Of a stretch of 56,161 bases of DNA, positions 31,204 to 40,058 are shown in pieces. Made by a program: the position numbers and the translations under genes. The notes under the pieces were generated by a model that had not been told where the DNA came from, ran no database searches, and saw only the letters and a list, made by a program, of their open reading frames with translations. The first letter of the stretch is position 1. Every line of letters begins with the position of its first letter. This stretch comes from Candidatus Hadarchaeales archaeon (GTDB lineage: Archaea; Hadarchaeota; Hadarchaeia; Hadarchaeales; JAWBSP01): positions 1 to 56,161 of the forward strand of contig JAWBSP010000005.1 in the NCBI GenBank assembly GCA_038842485.1. The letters run 5' to 3'.

Positions 31204-31955
31204 CTGGCTTCTATCTCCTCGAAGAGCTGTTGAGGTGTGGGCAGCTTGAGTCCCAGCTTCCCGAAATAGTTCAAAACCTTTTCAACATCCCTCATGAGAA
31301 GCCCTTTGGAAGCAGGATTCGCCACGTCGGTTGCCATGGAGAAATCTATCATCACTGGATCCGGCGTCAGGAGCACGTTGTACTCGCTCAGATCTGCGTG
31401 GACGAGCCTGCCGAGTCCGTAAAGGCGCTTCATGTCCTCGACCAGCATCTCGAAAACTCTTTTTGGGCTGGCCGGCGGCTGGTCCACCATCCTCGGATAC
31501 GGCACGCCCTCCTCGCCTATGAACTCCATCACCAAGATGTTCTTGGCAAAGGCCACGGGTCTCGGTGCCCGAACCCCCGCCTCTTGGGCCCTCTGCAGGT
31601 TCTTGAACTCGCGCGTCACCCAAGCATACACTACCGCCCTTCTGTCCCTCCGCAACCCGTGGAACCTTGGGTCGGCCGAGATGTACTCGAACTTCCTCTT
31701 GAAATCGGTCGTGGCCGTCCTGTATATTTTCACTGCCAAGTACTGACCGCAGGGATCCAAGGCACAGAAGACGTTGGCCTCCTTCCCTGTGCTCACCACG
31801 CCGTGAAACACATCTATCACGCCACGCTTCACCAGCCCATAGAGGGAGAGAAGGGTCGAGTGGTCGAAAACCCTCTCCAGAATCTTGTAAAACTCGGAAT
31901 CCTTCTCGAGCCTCTCCGGTTTCCCCCTCTCCAGCCTCCTCAGAAGCTCGGCCAC
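31197..31955 (-). CDS. rio1: RIO1 kinase
   Basis: STGKEANV, AVKIY, LVHADLSEYN, IDF. Confidence 0.96.
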   Translation of the reverse strand: MAELLRRLERGKPERLEKDSEFYKILERVFDHSTLLSLYGLVKRGVIDVFHGVVSTGKEANVFCALDPCGQYLAVKIYRTATTDFKRKFEYISADPRFHGLRRDRRAVVYAWVTREFKNLQRAQEAGVRAPRPVAFAKNILVMEFIGEEGVPYPRMVDQPPASPKRVFEMLVEDMKRLYGLGRLVHADLSEYNVLLTPDPVMIDFSMATDVANPASKGLLMRDVEKVLNYFGKLGLKLPTPQQLFEEIEASY

Positions 31956-32225
31956 CTACTCCCAGAGCTTCAGGCGCTTTAAATCCTCGACTTCCGTTTT
32001 GGTGTAAACGTTGACGATATCCCCCCTTTCGTTTCCCTGAACCAGCCAAGGCTCGACCAGGACCACATCCCCCTCCTTCATCCAAACCCGCTTCTTCAAT
32101 CTGCCGGGAATCCTGCAAATGCGGACGTGCCCATCCCTGCACCTCACCGTCACCCTGTCAAATCCCACCATCTGTTCGACCACACCCAAGACCTCACCCT
32201 CCTTGGGCAGGCGCAGCCTCTCCAT
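31956..32225 (-). CDS. eif1a: Translation initiation factor aIF-1A
   Basis: [26 protein letters not shown]. Confidence 0.96.
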   Translation of the reverse strand: MERLRLPKEGEVLGVVEQMVGFDRVTVRCRDGHVRICRIPGRLKKRVWMKEGDVVLVEPWLVQGNERGDIVNVYTKTEVEDLKRLKLWE

Positions 32226-33694
32226 TACCCCAGCAGGGTGTTCACTCCACTCAGCAGAGCCTGCACGCTAGCCATGATGATGTCCCCGCTTATCCCCCTG
32301 GCCGTCACGATCCTCTTGCCATCCGTAAGCTTGACCACCACGTCCACCACCGCATCCGTGCCACCGGAAATGGCGTCCACATGGTACTCCAGCAACCTTA
32401 TGTTGGCCATCTCCTCAATGACTTTCCTTATGGCGTTCATGGCCGCATCCACTGGCCCCACCCCCACCCCAGACTCCACCAGCTCCTTGTCCCTGAACCT
32501 CAGCCGGGCGGAGGCGGTGGGTGTAACCTTGTTCCCACTCACCACCGTCAGCTCCTCCAGCCTGATTACCTCCTCCATCTTTCTGCCGGTTATCGTAGCG
32601 GCGAGAGCCTTCAGCTCCGAGTCTGAGATGGACTTCCCCATATCCCCCAGCCGCTTGACCTCCTGAAGGATTTGAGCCACCTGCTCCTTGGTGGGGGAAA
32701 ATCCCCAGCTTAGGAGTTCCCTCTCTAAACCATGCGTGCCGGCGTGTTTGCCAAAGAGAATCCTGCGCTGCCTTCCCGCCAGCTCGGGGGGGAAGGGCTC
32801 ATAAGTCGCCGGGTTCTCAAGCACCCCATGCACGTGTATCCCTGCCTCGTGGGCGAAGGCGTTTTCCCCCACTATGGGCTTGTGCGGCTGGAGGGGTATT
32901 TTGGAATACCGCTCCACCAGCTTCGAAACCTCAAAAATTTTCTCAGCCTTGACACCTGTAGTCACCCCATAGAGTTGCCGGAGCGCCATCACCACCTCCT
33001 CGAGTGGGGCGTTTCCCGCCCTCTCCCCAAGCCCATTCACCGTGACGTGCACCTCTGAGGCCCCAGCCCGAACGGCAGCCAGGGTGTTGGCCGTTGCCAT
33101 TCCCAAATCATTATGACAGTGGGCCGCAACGGGGGCCTTCAGATTCTTTACCGCCTCCGAGAAAAGTTCGAAGGATCGCTCGGGGGTCAGCACCCCTACC
33201 GTATCACACAGACAGACCCTTTGGGCACCCGCTTGGATTCCCTCTGAGAGAAGGGAGAAAAGGAAGGTTCTGTCGGACCTGCTTGCATCCTCGGCTGAGA
33301 ATTCAACCGTCAGCCCGTGATCGAGAGCGTACTGAAGGGACTCCAAGGCCATCTCCCTAGCCTGCTCTCTGGTCTTCTTGAGTCTGGACTGAAGGTGAAG
33401 GTCTGACGTGGGAATGACCAAATGGATGGAGTCAACACCACAGTTCAGAGCCAGATCTATGTCCTCCTTAAGGCACCTAGTGAAGCAGCAAATTTCCGCT
33501 CTCAGTCCTTCCTCCGCAATCCTCTTCAGCGCCTTTCTCTCGCCCTCCGAGGTCGCGGGTGACCCGCCCTCTATTATATCCACCCCGAGCTCATCCAGAG
33601 CCTTAGCTATCTCGAGTTTCTGCTCTGGGGTAAGGGCTACTCCTGGCGTCTGCTCGCCCTCTCTCAGGGTGGAGTCTAGGATCTTGACTCCCAT
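32225..33694 (-). CDS. IPMS-family synthase, probably (R)-citramalate synthase
   Basis: [23 protein letters not shown]-terminal LeuA regulatory domain; substrate cannot be determined by eye. Confidence 0.8.
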   Translation of the reverse strand: MGVKILDSTLREGEQTPGVALTPEQKLEIAKALDELGVDIIEGGSPATSEGERKALKRIAEEGLRAEICCFTRCLKEDIDLALNCGVDSIHLVIPTSDLHLQSRLKKTREQAREMALESLQYALDHGLTVEFSAEDASRSDRTFLFSLLSEGIQAGAQRVCLCDTVGVLTPERSFELFSEAVKNLKAPVAAHCHNDLGMATANTLAAVRAGASEVHVTVNGLGERAGNAPLEEVVMALRQLYGVTTGVKAEKIFEVSKLVERYSKIPLQPHKPIVGENAFAHEAGIHVHGVLENPATYEPFPPELAGRQRRILFGKHAGTHGLERELLSWGFSPTKEQVAQILQEVKRLGDMGKSISDSELKALAATITGRKMEEVIRLEELTVVSGNKVTPTASARLRFRDKELVESGVGVGPVDAAMNAIRKVIEEMANIRLLEYHVDAISGGTDAVVDVVVKLTDGKRIVTARGISGDIIMASVQALLSGVNTLLG

Positions 33695-33790
33695 CCCTTT
33701 TTTGCGGAGGTAGAAGTTTATCCCTTCAATCTCGCCTACAAAACCTGTTCTCCCGTGATAACCTGCTTAAGTGTACTACCGAAATTGGGG

Positions 33791-35344
33791 ATGGAGATAC
33801 TGGTCGGAAACTACATTAAAAGGGTAGAAGACCAGATCAAGCTTCCACCAAAGGTGAAAATATTCGATACCACCTTAAGGGACGGGGAGCAGACACCAGG
33901 AGTTTCGCTGACCCCGGAGCAGAAGGTAACCATAGCAAGGCAGCTCGACAAGCTGGGGGTGGATGTCATTGAGGCTGGGTTCCCCGTGGTCTCGGAGGGG
34001 GAGAAGAGAGCGGTCTCCGACATATGTAGGGCGGGACTGGAGGCAAAAATCTGCGCGCTTGCGAGATGCAAAAAGGAAGACATAGACACGGCTCTCGGTT
34101 GTGGGGTTGGGCGCGTCCATGTGTTCATCGCCACTTCCGACATCCATCTGCAGCACAAGCTGAAGATTTCTAGGGAGAAGGCGCTGGAAGAGGCCGTCAA
34201 ATGGGTTGAGTACACCAAGTCTCATGGGGTGGAGGTGGAATTCTCGGCCGAGGATGCCACCCGGACGGAGCTAGAGTACCTGAAGAAGGTATACCTCGCC
34301 ACGGTTGAGGCCGGGGCAGATCTCATAAATGTGCCGGATACCGTGGGAGTCATGACTCCCCGGGCAATGTTCTGGCTGATAGACAAGTTGAGGGAAGTGG
34401 TGAAAGTGCCCATCAGTGTGCACTGCCACAACGATTTGGGACTCGCCGTGGCAAACTCCTTGGCGGGCGTGGAGGCGGGGGCCGAGCAGGTACACGTAAC
34501 GGTGAACGGTCTGGGCGAGAGGGCGGGGAATGCCTCTCTGGAGGAGGTGGTCATGGGACTCCGAGCGCTATACAACCTCAAGCCGAGGGTGAAAACCGAG
34601 TTGCTGGTCGAGACCTCCGAGCTTGTAAGGCGTTTGACCAGGGTGCCCGTCCAGCCCCATAAACCAATCGTGGGGGACAATGCCTTCGCGCACGAGGCAG
34701 GGATACACGTGCATGGAGTGCTGCAGTTTCCCGGAACTTATGAACCGCTCTCGCCCGAGCTGGTAGGGGCACACCGCAGGCTGCTGGTGGGAAAGCACGC
34801 CGGCGTCCATTCGGTTGAAAGCCAGCTGCTAGAGTTGGGAATAAAGCCCACCAAGGAACAGCTGACCGAAATAACCCGAAGGGTCAAGGAGCTGGGGGAT
34901 AAGGGTAAGCAGGTTTCCATCTTGGACCTCAGAGCCATTGCCGAGGGTGTGGTGGGTGGAATTCCCAAGGAGCAAAAGGCGGTGGAGCTGAAGGAGGTGA
35001 CCGTGACAACCGGTAACACCATAACCCCCACGGCTTGTGTTCGCCTGCTGGTAAAGGGGGAGGCACGCACGGGATCGGCCACGGGGGTGGGTCCGGTGGA
35101 TGCCGCCATCAAGGCCATCAACAGCGTGATGGGCGAGATCTCCAAACTCGAGCTGGTGGAATACCACCTCGATGCGATAACTGGGGGAAGTGATGCGCTC
35201 GCGGACGTGACGGTAAGGTTGCGGGACGAGCGAGGGAGAACCTATCTTGCTAGGGGGATCTCTGAGGATGTGGTCCTCGCAAGTGTCCAAGCAATGATAA
35301 ACGGGATTAATCAGTATTTTTTGCTTAAAGAAAGGGAAAAGTGA
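33791..35344 (+). CDS. leuA: 2-isopropylmalate synthase
   Basis: DTTLRDGEQ, EAGFP, HCHND, regulatory domain. Confidence 0.82.
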   Translation: MEILVGNYIKRVEDQIKLPPKVKIFDTTLRDGEQTPGVSLTPEQKVTIARQLDKLGVDVIEAGFPVVSEGEKRAVSDICRAGLEAKICALARCKKEDIDTALGCGVGRVHVFIATSDIHLQHKLKISREKALEEAVKWVEYTKSHGVEVEFSAEDATRTELEYLKKVYLATVEAGADLINVPDTVGVMTPRAMFWLIDKLREVVKVPISVHCHNDLGLAVANSLAGVEAGAEQVHVTVNGLGERAGNASLEEVVMGLRALYNLKPRVKTELLVETSELVRRLTRVPVQPHKPIVGDNAFAHEAGIHVHGVLQFPGTYEPLSPELVGAHRRLLVGKHAGVHSVESQLLELGIKPTKEQLTEITRRVKELGDKGKQVSILDLRAIAEGVVGGIPKEQKAVELKEVTVTTGNTITPTACVRLLVKGEARTGSATGVGPVDAAIKAINSVMGEISKLELVEYHLDAITGGSDALADVTVRLRDERGRTYLARGISEDVVLASVQAMINGINQYFLLKEREK

Positions 35345-37029
35345 ACAGGCAGAACATCATCGCCCTGATAAGCGATTTCGGAAGTAGGGATTATTACGTC
35401 GGGGCGGTGAAGGGGAGAATCCTGTCTATAAACCCCGAGGCGAGGATTGTTGACCTGACCCACGAGGTATCCAAGGGAAACGTGCTCGAAGGGGCCTTCA
35501 TCTTGCTGGAAGCTTCCGCAACCTTCCCCGCGGGGACCATCTTCCTGGCGGTGGTCGACCCCGGGGTGGGCACGGAGCGCAAGTGCTTGGTCATGAAGAC
35601 TAAGAACGACTTCATTTTTGTTGCGCCCGACAATGGAATCCTTACCTTGGCGGCAGACCGATACGGTGTGGAGGAGGTTAGAGAGATTCGGAACAGAAGG
35701 CTGATGGCAAGCGAGATCTCCAAGACTTTCCATGGAAGGGATGTGATGGCACCGGTTGCGGCTTGGCTGAGCAAGGGGGTACAGTTCGAGGAGGTTGGAC
35801 CACTTACCGACTTCAGGCGACTGGAAATTCCCAAACCCCTTCTGAAAGGGGGGACTTGGGAGGGCACCGTTCTGCACGTTGATAGCTTTGGGAATTTGAT
35901 CACAAACCTGCGTCCGGAGATCGAGATTGGCCGAACTCTGTTGGTCGAGTTCTCAACCAAAAGGCTTGGGCTCAAATTTGTGGGTACCTTTGGGGAGGTC
36001 CAGCCAGGTGAACCTTTGGCGTACATCGGGAGCGCGGGCCTTCTGGAACTGGCCAAGAATCTGGGTAATTTTTCAAGAGACATGAGGGTGGGGTCGGGAG
36101 ATCGTTTCCGGATGACCCCCATGCCGGCCCCACCGGAGCAGGTCAACGCCTACTTAAAGCAAGGATACCGGATAATCGGGCAGAACTCCGCCATCAAGAT
36201 ATGCCAGTGGACAAGGAGCAGCCTGCTAGGAGGTGAGCCCTGTTACAAGTCCAAGTTCTACGGGATTCCATCTTGGCGATGTATACAACTCACACCCTCG
36301 CTCTTCAACTGCACCCACCGCTGCCTCTTCTGCTGGAGGATGGTGGAAGCCACCGCCGAGGAAAAAATCCAGCATGATGAGCCGGAAATAGTAGTGGAGG
36401 AGGCAATTCGGCACCAGAGAGAACTCCTCAGTGGATTCAAGGGGAACCCCAAGACGGTGGGGGAAAGGTGGAAGGAAGCGCAACAACCCAGTCACGCCGC
36501 GATTAGTCTTGCTGGGGAACCCCTTGCTTACGACCGGCTCTCAGAGCTGATAGGTGAGTTCAGAAGAAGGGGATTCACCACCTTCGTGGTTTCAAATGGC
36601 ACCCTCCCCGAACGGTTGGAGAGGCTGAGCGAAGAACCCACCCAGTTTTACCTAACCCTCCCAGCCCCCGAGGAAGAAACATACCGTGCAGTCTGTCGCC
36701 CCCTCCTACCGGATGGATGGGAGAGGATCCTAAGAAGCTTGGAGCTGATGGGAAGCCTGAGATGTAAAAAAGTTCTGCGCCTGACGCTTGTGAAGGGACT
36801 TAACATGAAAAATCCCGAGGATTACGGCGCTTTGATCTTGAAGGCATCACCCGATTTTGTTGAGGTGAAGGCCTACATGCATGTGGGCTTCTCAACATAC
36901 AGGCTCGCGGAGGCGAACATGCCCTCCCACCAAGAAATCTCCTCGTTCGCCCAGCAACTTTCCAGGTATACGGGTTATGAAATAACCAACGAATCAGTTA
37001 GCAGCCGGGTGGTTCTACTCAAAAGGTGA
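35341..37029 (+). CDS. taw1: Fusion of DUF62 SAM hydroxide adenosyltransferase and TYW1/Taw1 4-demethylwyosine synthase
   Basis: N-terminal SDFG..D, VVDPGVG.ER, TFHGRD; C-terminal KICQWT, CYKSKFYGI.SWRC, CTHRCLFCWR, SLAGEP, VEVKAYM. Confidence 0.9.
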   Translation: MNRQNIIALISDFGSRDYYVGAVKGRILSINPEARIVDLTHEVSKGNVLEGAFILLEASATFPAGTIFLAVVDPGVGTERKCLVMKTKNDFIFVAPDNGILTLAADRYGVEEVREIRNRRLMASEISKTFHGRDVMAPVAAWLSKGVQFEEVGPLTDFRRLEIPKPLLKGGTWEGTVLHVDSFGNLITNLRPEIEIGRTLLVEFSTKRLGLKFVGTFGEVQPGEPLAYIGSAGLLELAKNLGNFSRDMRVGSGDRFRMTPMPAPPEQVNAYLKQGYRIIGQNSAIKICQWTRSSLLGGEPCYKSKFYGIPSWRCIQLTPSLFNCTHRCLFCWRMVEATAEEKIQHDEPEIVVEEAIRHQRELLSGFKGNPKTVGERWKEAQQPSHAAISLAGEPLAYDRLSELIGEFRRRGFTTFVVSNGTLPERLERLSEEPTQFYLTLPAPEEETYRAVCRPLLPDGWERILRSLELMGSLRCKKVLRLTLVKGLNMKNPEDYGALILKASPDFVEVKAYMHVGFSTYRLAEANMPSHQEISSFAQQLSRYTGYEITNESVSSRVVLLKR

Positions 37030-37079
37030 TTTCAAATAACATAAACAAGGAAAAAAGTGAAAAAAGAAAAGCAACCCAC

Positions 37080-38834
37080 TTATCTTCCGCCCGCTACCTC
37101 CCCTAGGAAGTTCTGGTTTTCTATCGTCCTAGCCCCCTGCATAAGGTTGAGATATAGGTATCCTTGGAAGGAGTTCTCAGTTATCCTCCCCACGAGTCTG
37201 CCATCCACAGTGAGGGAAACCTGGAGTGACCAAGTACCAAAACTCAGGTTACCCTCCGATCGTAGGGTTCCAGTTCCTTCGACTTCGCATACAACAATGG
37301 GTTGGGCAGACCCTTCAATCCTACCCTCCGCGTCAAGTGTCCAAGTGCTGGTACCTTGAGGTAGAACGAGATCGATCTCTGCCTCTCCCTCCATCGTGCC
37401 CGTCATCCTGTTGTCCAAGATCGTTCCGTTTACCGTCAGCGACCAGCTCCTGCTCGCACTCACCGTTACCCCGGTTGCATCACTGAAAGAAACCATGCCT
37501 GGGTCCGAACTGGAGGCCGTGATGATGAGATTACCGTCAACCACTCTTCCCGTTACGGGAATAAGTAGGTGCCTCCATGGCATGGACCAGCTGGCTAGGA
37601 AATTGGTGAAACCCTCGCGACTCCTGATTTCCCTGGCGCCCCTCACGGCACTCAAGAGCTCTTCCCTCGCTCTGTTCTCCTCACCAGCGTACTGTGCCCT
37701 CAGGTTCTCCACTAGGGCCACATATTCCTCCTTCGCCCCTGTGACCTCCTGTACGATCCGGTGGGCAATCTCAATCACAGCTGTCTTGGCGGCGGGTGGG
37801 AGGTTCTCAATGGATGTCCCCACCTCCTCCCTTATCCTCTCGGATAATTGGGCGAGGGTCCCCTTGCACTCCTTCCAGGCATTCTCGTGCTCCCTCTCCC
37901 ACTCCTCAGCATGCTCTAGGATTCTCTCTGCATTGCCCAAAAGCTTCTCAGCCGCCATCAGAGTCCCGAAGGCGGCTCCTGTTCTTCCTTGGCTTATTGC
38001 AGTAACCGCCTTATCCCTCAGCTCCTTGGCCTCGGTCACCAGACTCTCCACAGCCTTGCATCCTGCCGGAGCAACCTTGGCCGCCGCCACTGGAACCGTT
38101 ATTTGAGAAATCACAACGAGCTCCGCCTCCAGCTTGGTGATCTTTGCCTCAACCTCTGAGAGCTTCTCCTCAATATTTTCCACCGGCCTGACCCCGGTCT
38201 CCACTCTCTCCTCAGTCAATTCCTCTTTCACCTTTTTCCTCGCCTCCACGGTTGCCCTCACTCTGGCATCAACCCTGTTGCGATAGGCTTCCTTCAATTG
38301 CTCCACCTTTTGCTCGATTAGCTCTAGTTTGGCTTCCACCGCTTCCAGACGAGTCGCCACCTCTAGGCGCATCTGTGTAAGCTCAGCCTCCATGTTCTCA
38401 CAAAGTGCGGCATCCTCCGTTCCGGAGAGATCCTTTCTCAATTGTTTTGCCGCCTCCAGAGCGAGTTGTATTCTGTTCTGAATCATCTTGGCCTCCTGCG
38501 CCTGCAACCGCTCCAGAAGACGGGACCTCTGTGGCGTATTTTCGGCAAACTTTGTGAGTAGCTTAGTTCTTATGTTGGCATAGTCTTCGAACACGCTCGT
38601 GAACTGGGATCCCTTGCCCTTCTCGCACATTTTGGAGAATTCGTTGAACCTCTCCTCCATCCTCGCCTCGTCCCCAACGCGCTTGATTGCTTCTCCGATC
38701 CTCTCCAAGGCGTACAGCGGATGATCTGGGTCTACGTCAATGGAGTCCACTGCCACCGGTGTCGCCACCGCCCCACCAGCGCATGCCGCCACGATCACTA
38801 TGACCACTAGGGGGGCTATCCCTCTCGCTTCCAT
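37080..38834 (-). CDS. Surface or membrane-anchored coiled-coil protein (DUF5667-like N-region, beta-rich C-terminus)
   Basis: RG|IAPLVVIV N-terminus, PDHPLYALERIGE, long heptad region; GGAGGAGGTG SD. Confidence 0.75.
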   Translation of the reverse strand: MEARGIAPLVVIVIVAACAGGAVATPVAVDSIDVDPDHPLYALERIGEAIKRVGDEARMEERFNEFSKMCEKGKGSQFTSVFEDYANIRTKLLTKFAENTPQRSRLLERLQAQEAKMIQNRIQLALEAAKQLRKDLSGTEDAALCENMEAELTQMRLEVATRLEAVEAKLELIEQKVEQLKEAYRNRVDARVRATVEARKKVKEELTEERVETGVRPVENIEEKLSEVEAKITKLEAELVVISQITVPVAAAKVAPAGCKAVESLVTEAKELRDKAVTAISQGRTGAAFGTLMAAEKLLGNAERILEHAEEWEREHENAWKECKGTLAQLSERIREEVGTSIENLPPAAKTAVIEIAHRIVQEVTGAKEEYVALVENLRAQYAGEENRAREELLSAVRGAREIRSREGFTNFLASWSMPWRHLLIPVTGRVVDGNLIITASSSDPGMVSFSDATGVTVSASRSWSLTVNGTILDNRMTGTMEGEAEIDLVLPQGTSTWTLDAEGRIEGSAQPIVVCEVEGTGTLRSEGNLSFGTWSLQVSLTVDGRLVGRITENSFQGYLYLNLMQGARTIENQNFLGEVAGGR

Positions 38835-38859
38835 CCCTTCACCTCCTCCTTTTTCGGGT

Positions 38860-38909
38860 AGATGCTCAGCCGCATCCCCCCTGTGAGGATACGGGTCATC
38901 ATCGCTTCT
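38860..38909 (-). ncRNA. Putative box C/D K-turn hairpin in the 5' leader
   Basis: ATGATGA (38896-38902) and CTGA (38866-38869) enclose a 10-bp hairpin; GC/GC outer pairs. Confidence 0.5.
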
Positions 38910-39078
38910 TTTGATTTATAGAAGGTATAAGAAATTTGGTCAAACGGTTTTTCTATTTTAAAAATAACTCAAAAAAATCGTTTTTTTTAATTTTTCGTGT
39001 TAAATTTTGCCCCTTATCGTTCCTTTTTTCATATTTTGTCTCTGGTTTTAAAAACTTTAAAAATAGGTCACGTTAGAA

Positions 39079-39504
39079 ATGATGAGCATAAGAGAAGCTG
39101 TAGGAATCGTTGTAATTATCATGGTGGTGGAAATTTCCTTCGCGGTACTTATCTATACCTTCGGCGGGCCGACGCTTGAGCTTTCTACCGTTGTGTACTC
39201 AACCATCTTGATGGTTGGAGTAGTGGGAGGGCTTTCCATAACCCTCTATTTCCTCTTCAAACATTACGCGCACGAGAGAACGCTTCGCGTCGCCATGCTT
39301 ACCCTGACTCCTGACGAGCAACGTGTTCTCAAAGAAATTCTGGCCAGAAAAGAGGTTCGGCAGGACGACCTCAGACGGATCGTTGACATGTCTAAAACCA
39401 AGCTAAGCATGATAGTAAACAATTTAGAGAAGAAAGGTGCCATCCACAAGTTCCGGTACCACAAAACCAACATCTTGCGGCCAACCAAGGAGTTCAGCGG
39501 ATGA
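39079..39504 (+). CDS. Two-TM protein with a C-terminal winged HTH (MarR-like)
   Basis: LTPDEQRVL...Q..L....MSK.KLS.I...LE.KG. Confidence 0.82.
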   Translation: MMSIREAVGIVVIIMVVEISFAVLIYTFGGPTLELSTVVYSTILMVGVVGGLSITLYFLFKHYAHERTLRVAMLTLTPDEQRVLKEILARKEVRQDDLRRIVDMSKTKLSMIVNNLEKKGAIHKFRYHKTNILRPTKEFSG

Positions 39505-40058
39505 AGTCGTACCGGGCCATGAAGGAGTATTTTGACAGGCAGGAGAGGGTGGCGAGAGAGGCCGAGAAACTTTCGAGAGCAGTGGTGAGAGCATGTTCCA
39601 AGGGCATCATGAGGCTACACGCGGGAAAAGGTGCTGGAACCTTGCTCCTGCAGGCTAAGAGAATCCTACAGAAACTCGAAGGTATCTGTGAGAATCCCCA
39701 ATCCCTTGTGGTTGCCCAGCAGGAGTTCGGTGAGTTTTTTGTTCTGAATTCCATCCTTAACCAAAACAGAATACCCGAGCCGGAGGAGGTCGGGATCCCC
39801 TACTATCCCTACCTGATGGGGCTGGCCGAGGTGGGGGGAGAGCTCAGAAGGGCCATGCTGGACTCCCTTAGGAAGGGGGAGCTGGAAAAGGCGGAGAGGC
39901 TCTTACAGCACATGGAGAGGGTTTTTGAGTTCCTCTGCAGGTTTGATCACCCGGAGAGCATCCTACCGGGGTTGAGGCGAAAGAGGGATATCTACAGAAG
40001 AATTCTGGAACAAAGTAGGGGGGATTTCATCTTGGCTGGGAGAGGGAGAAATGTTTGA
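39501..40058 (+). CDS. Archaeal translin/Trax-family protein
   Basis: QEFGE, YLMGLAEVGGELRR, GLRRKRD..R. Confidence 0.85.
   Translation: MKSYRAMKEYFDRQERVAREAEKLSRAVVRACSKGIMRLHAGKGAGTLLLQAKRILQKLEGICENPQSLVVAQQEFGEFFVLNSILNQNRIPEPEEVGIPYYPYLMGLAEVGGELRRAMLDSLRKGELEKAERLLQHMERVFEFLCRFDHPESILPGLRRKRDIYRRILEQSRGDFILAGRGRNV

Noticed and set aside
31122-32142. Two 286-aa ORFs over rio1 and aIF1A
   Set aside because: Antisense or alternative-frame shadows of well-conserved genes
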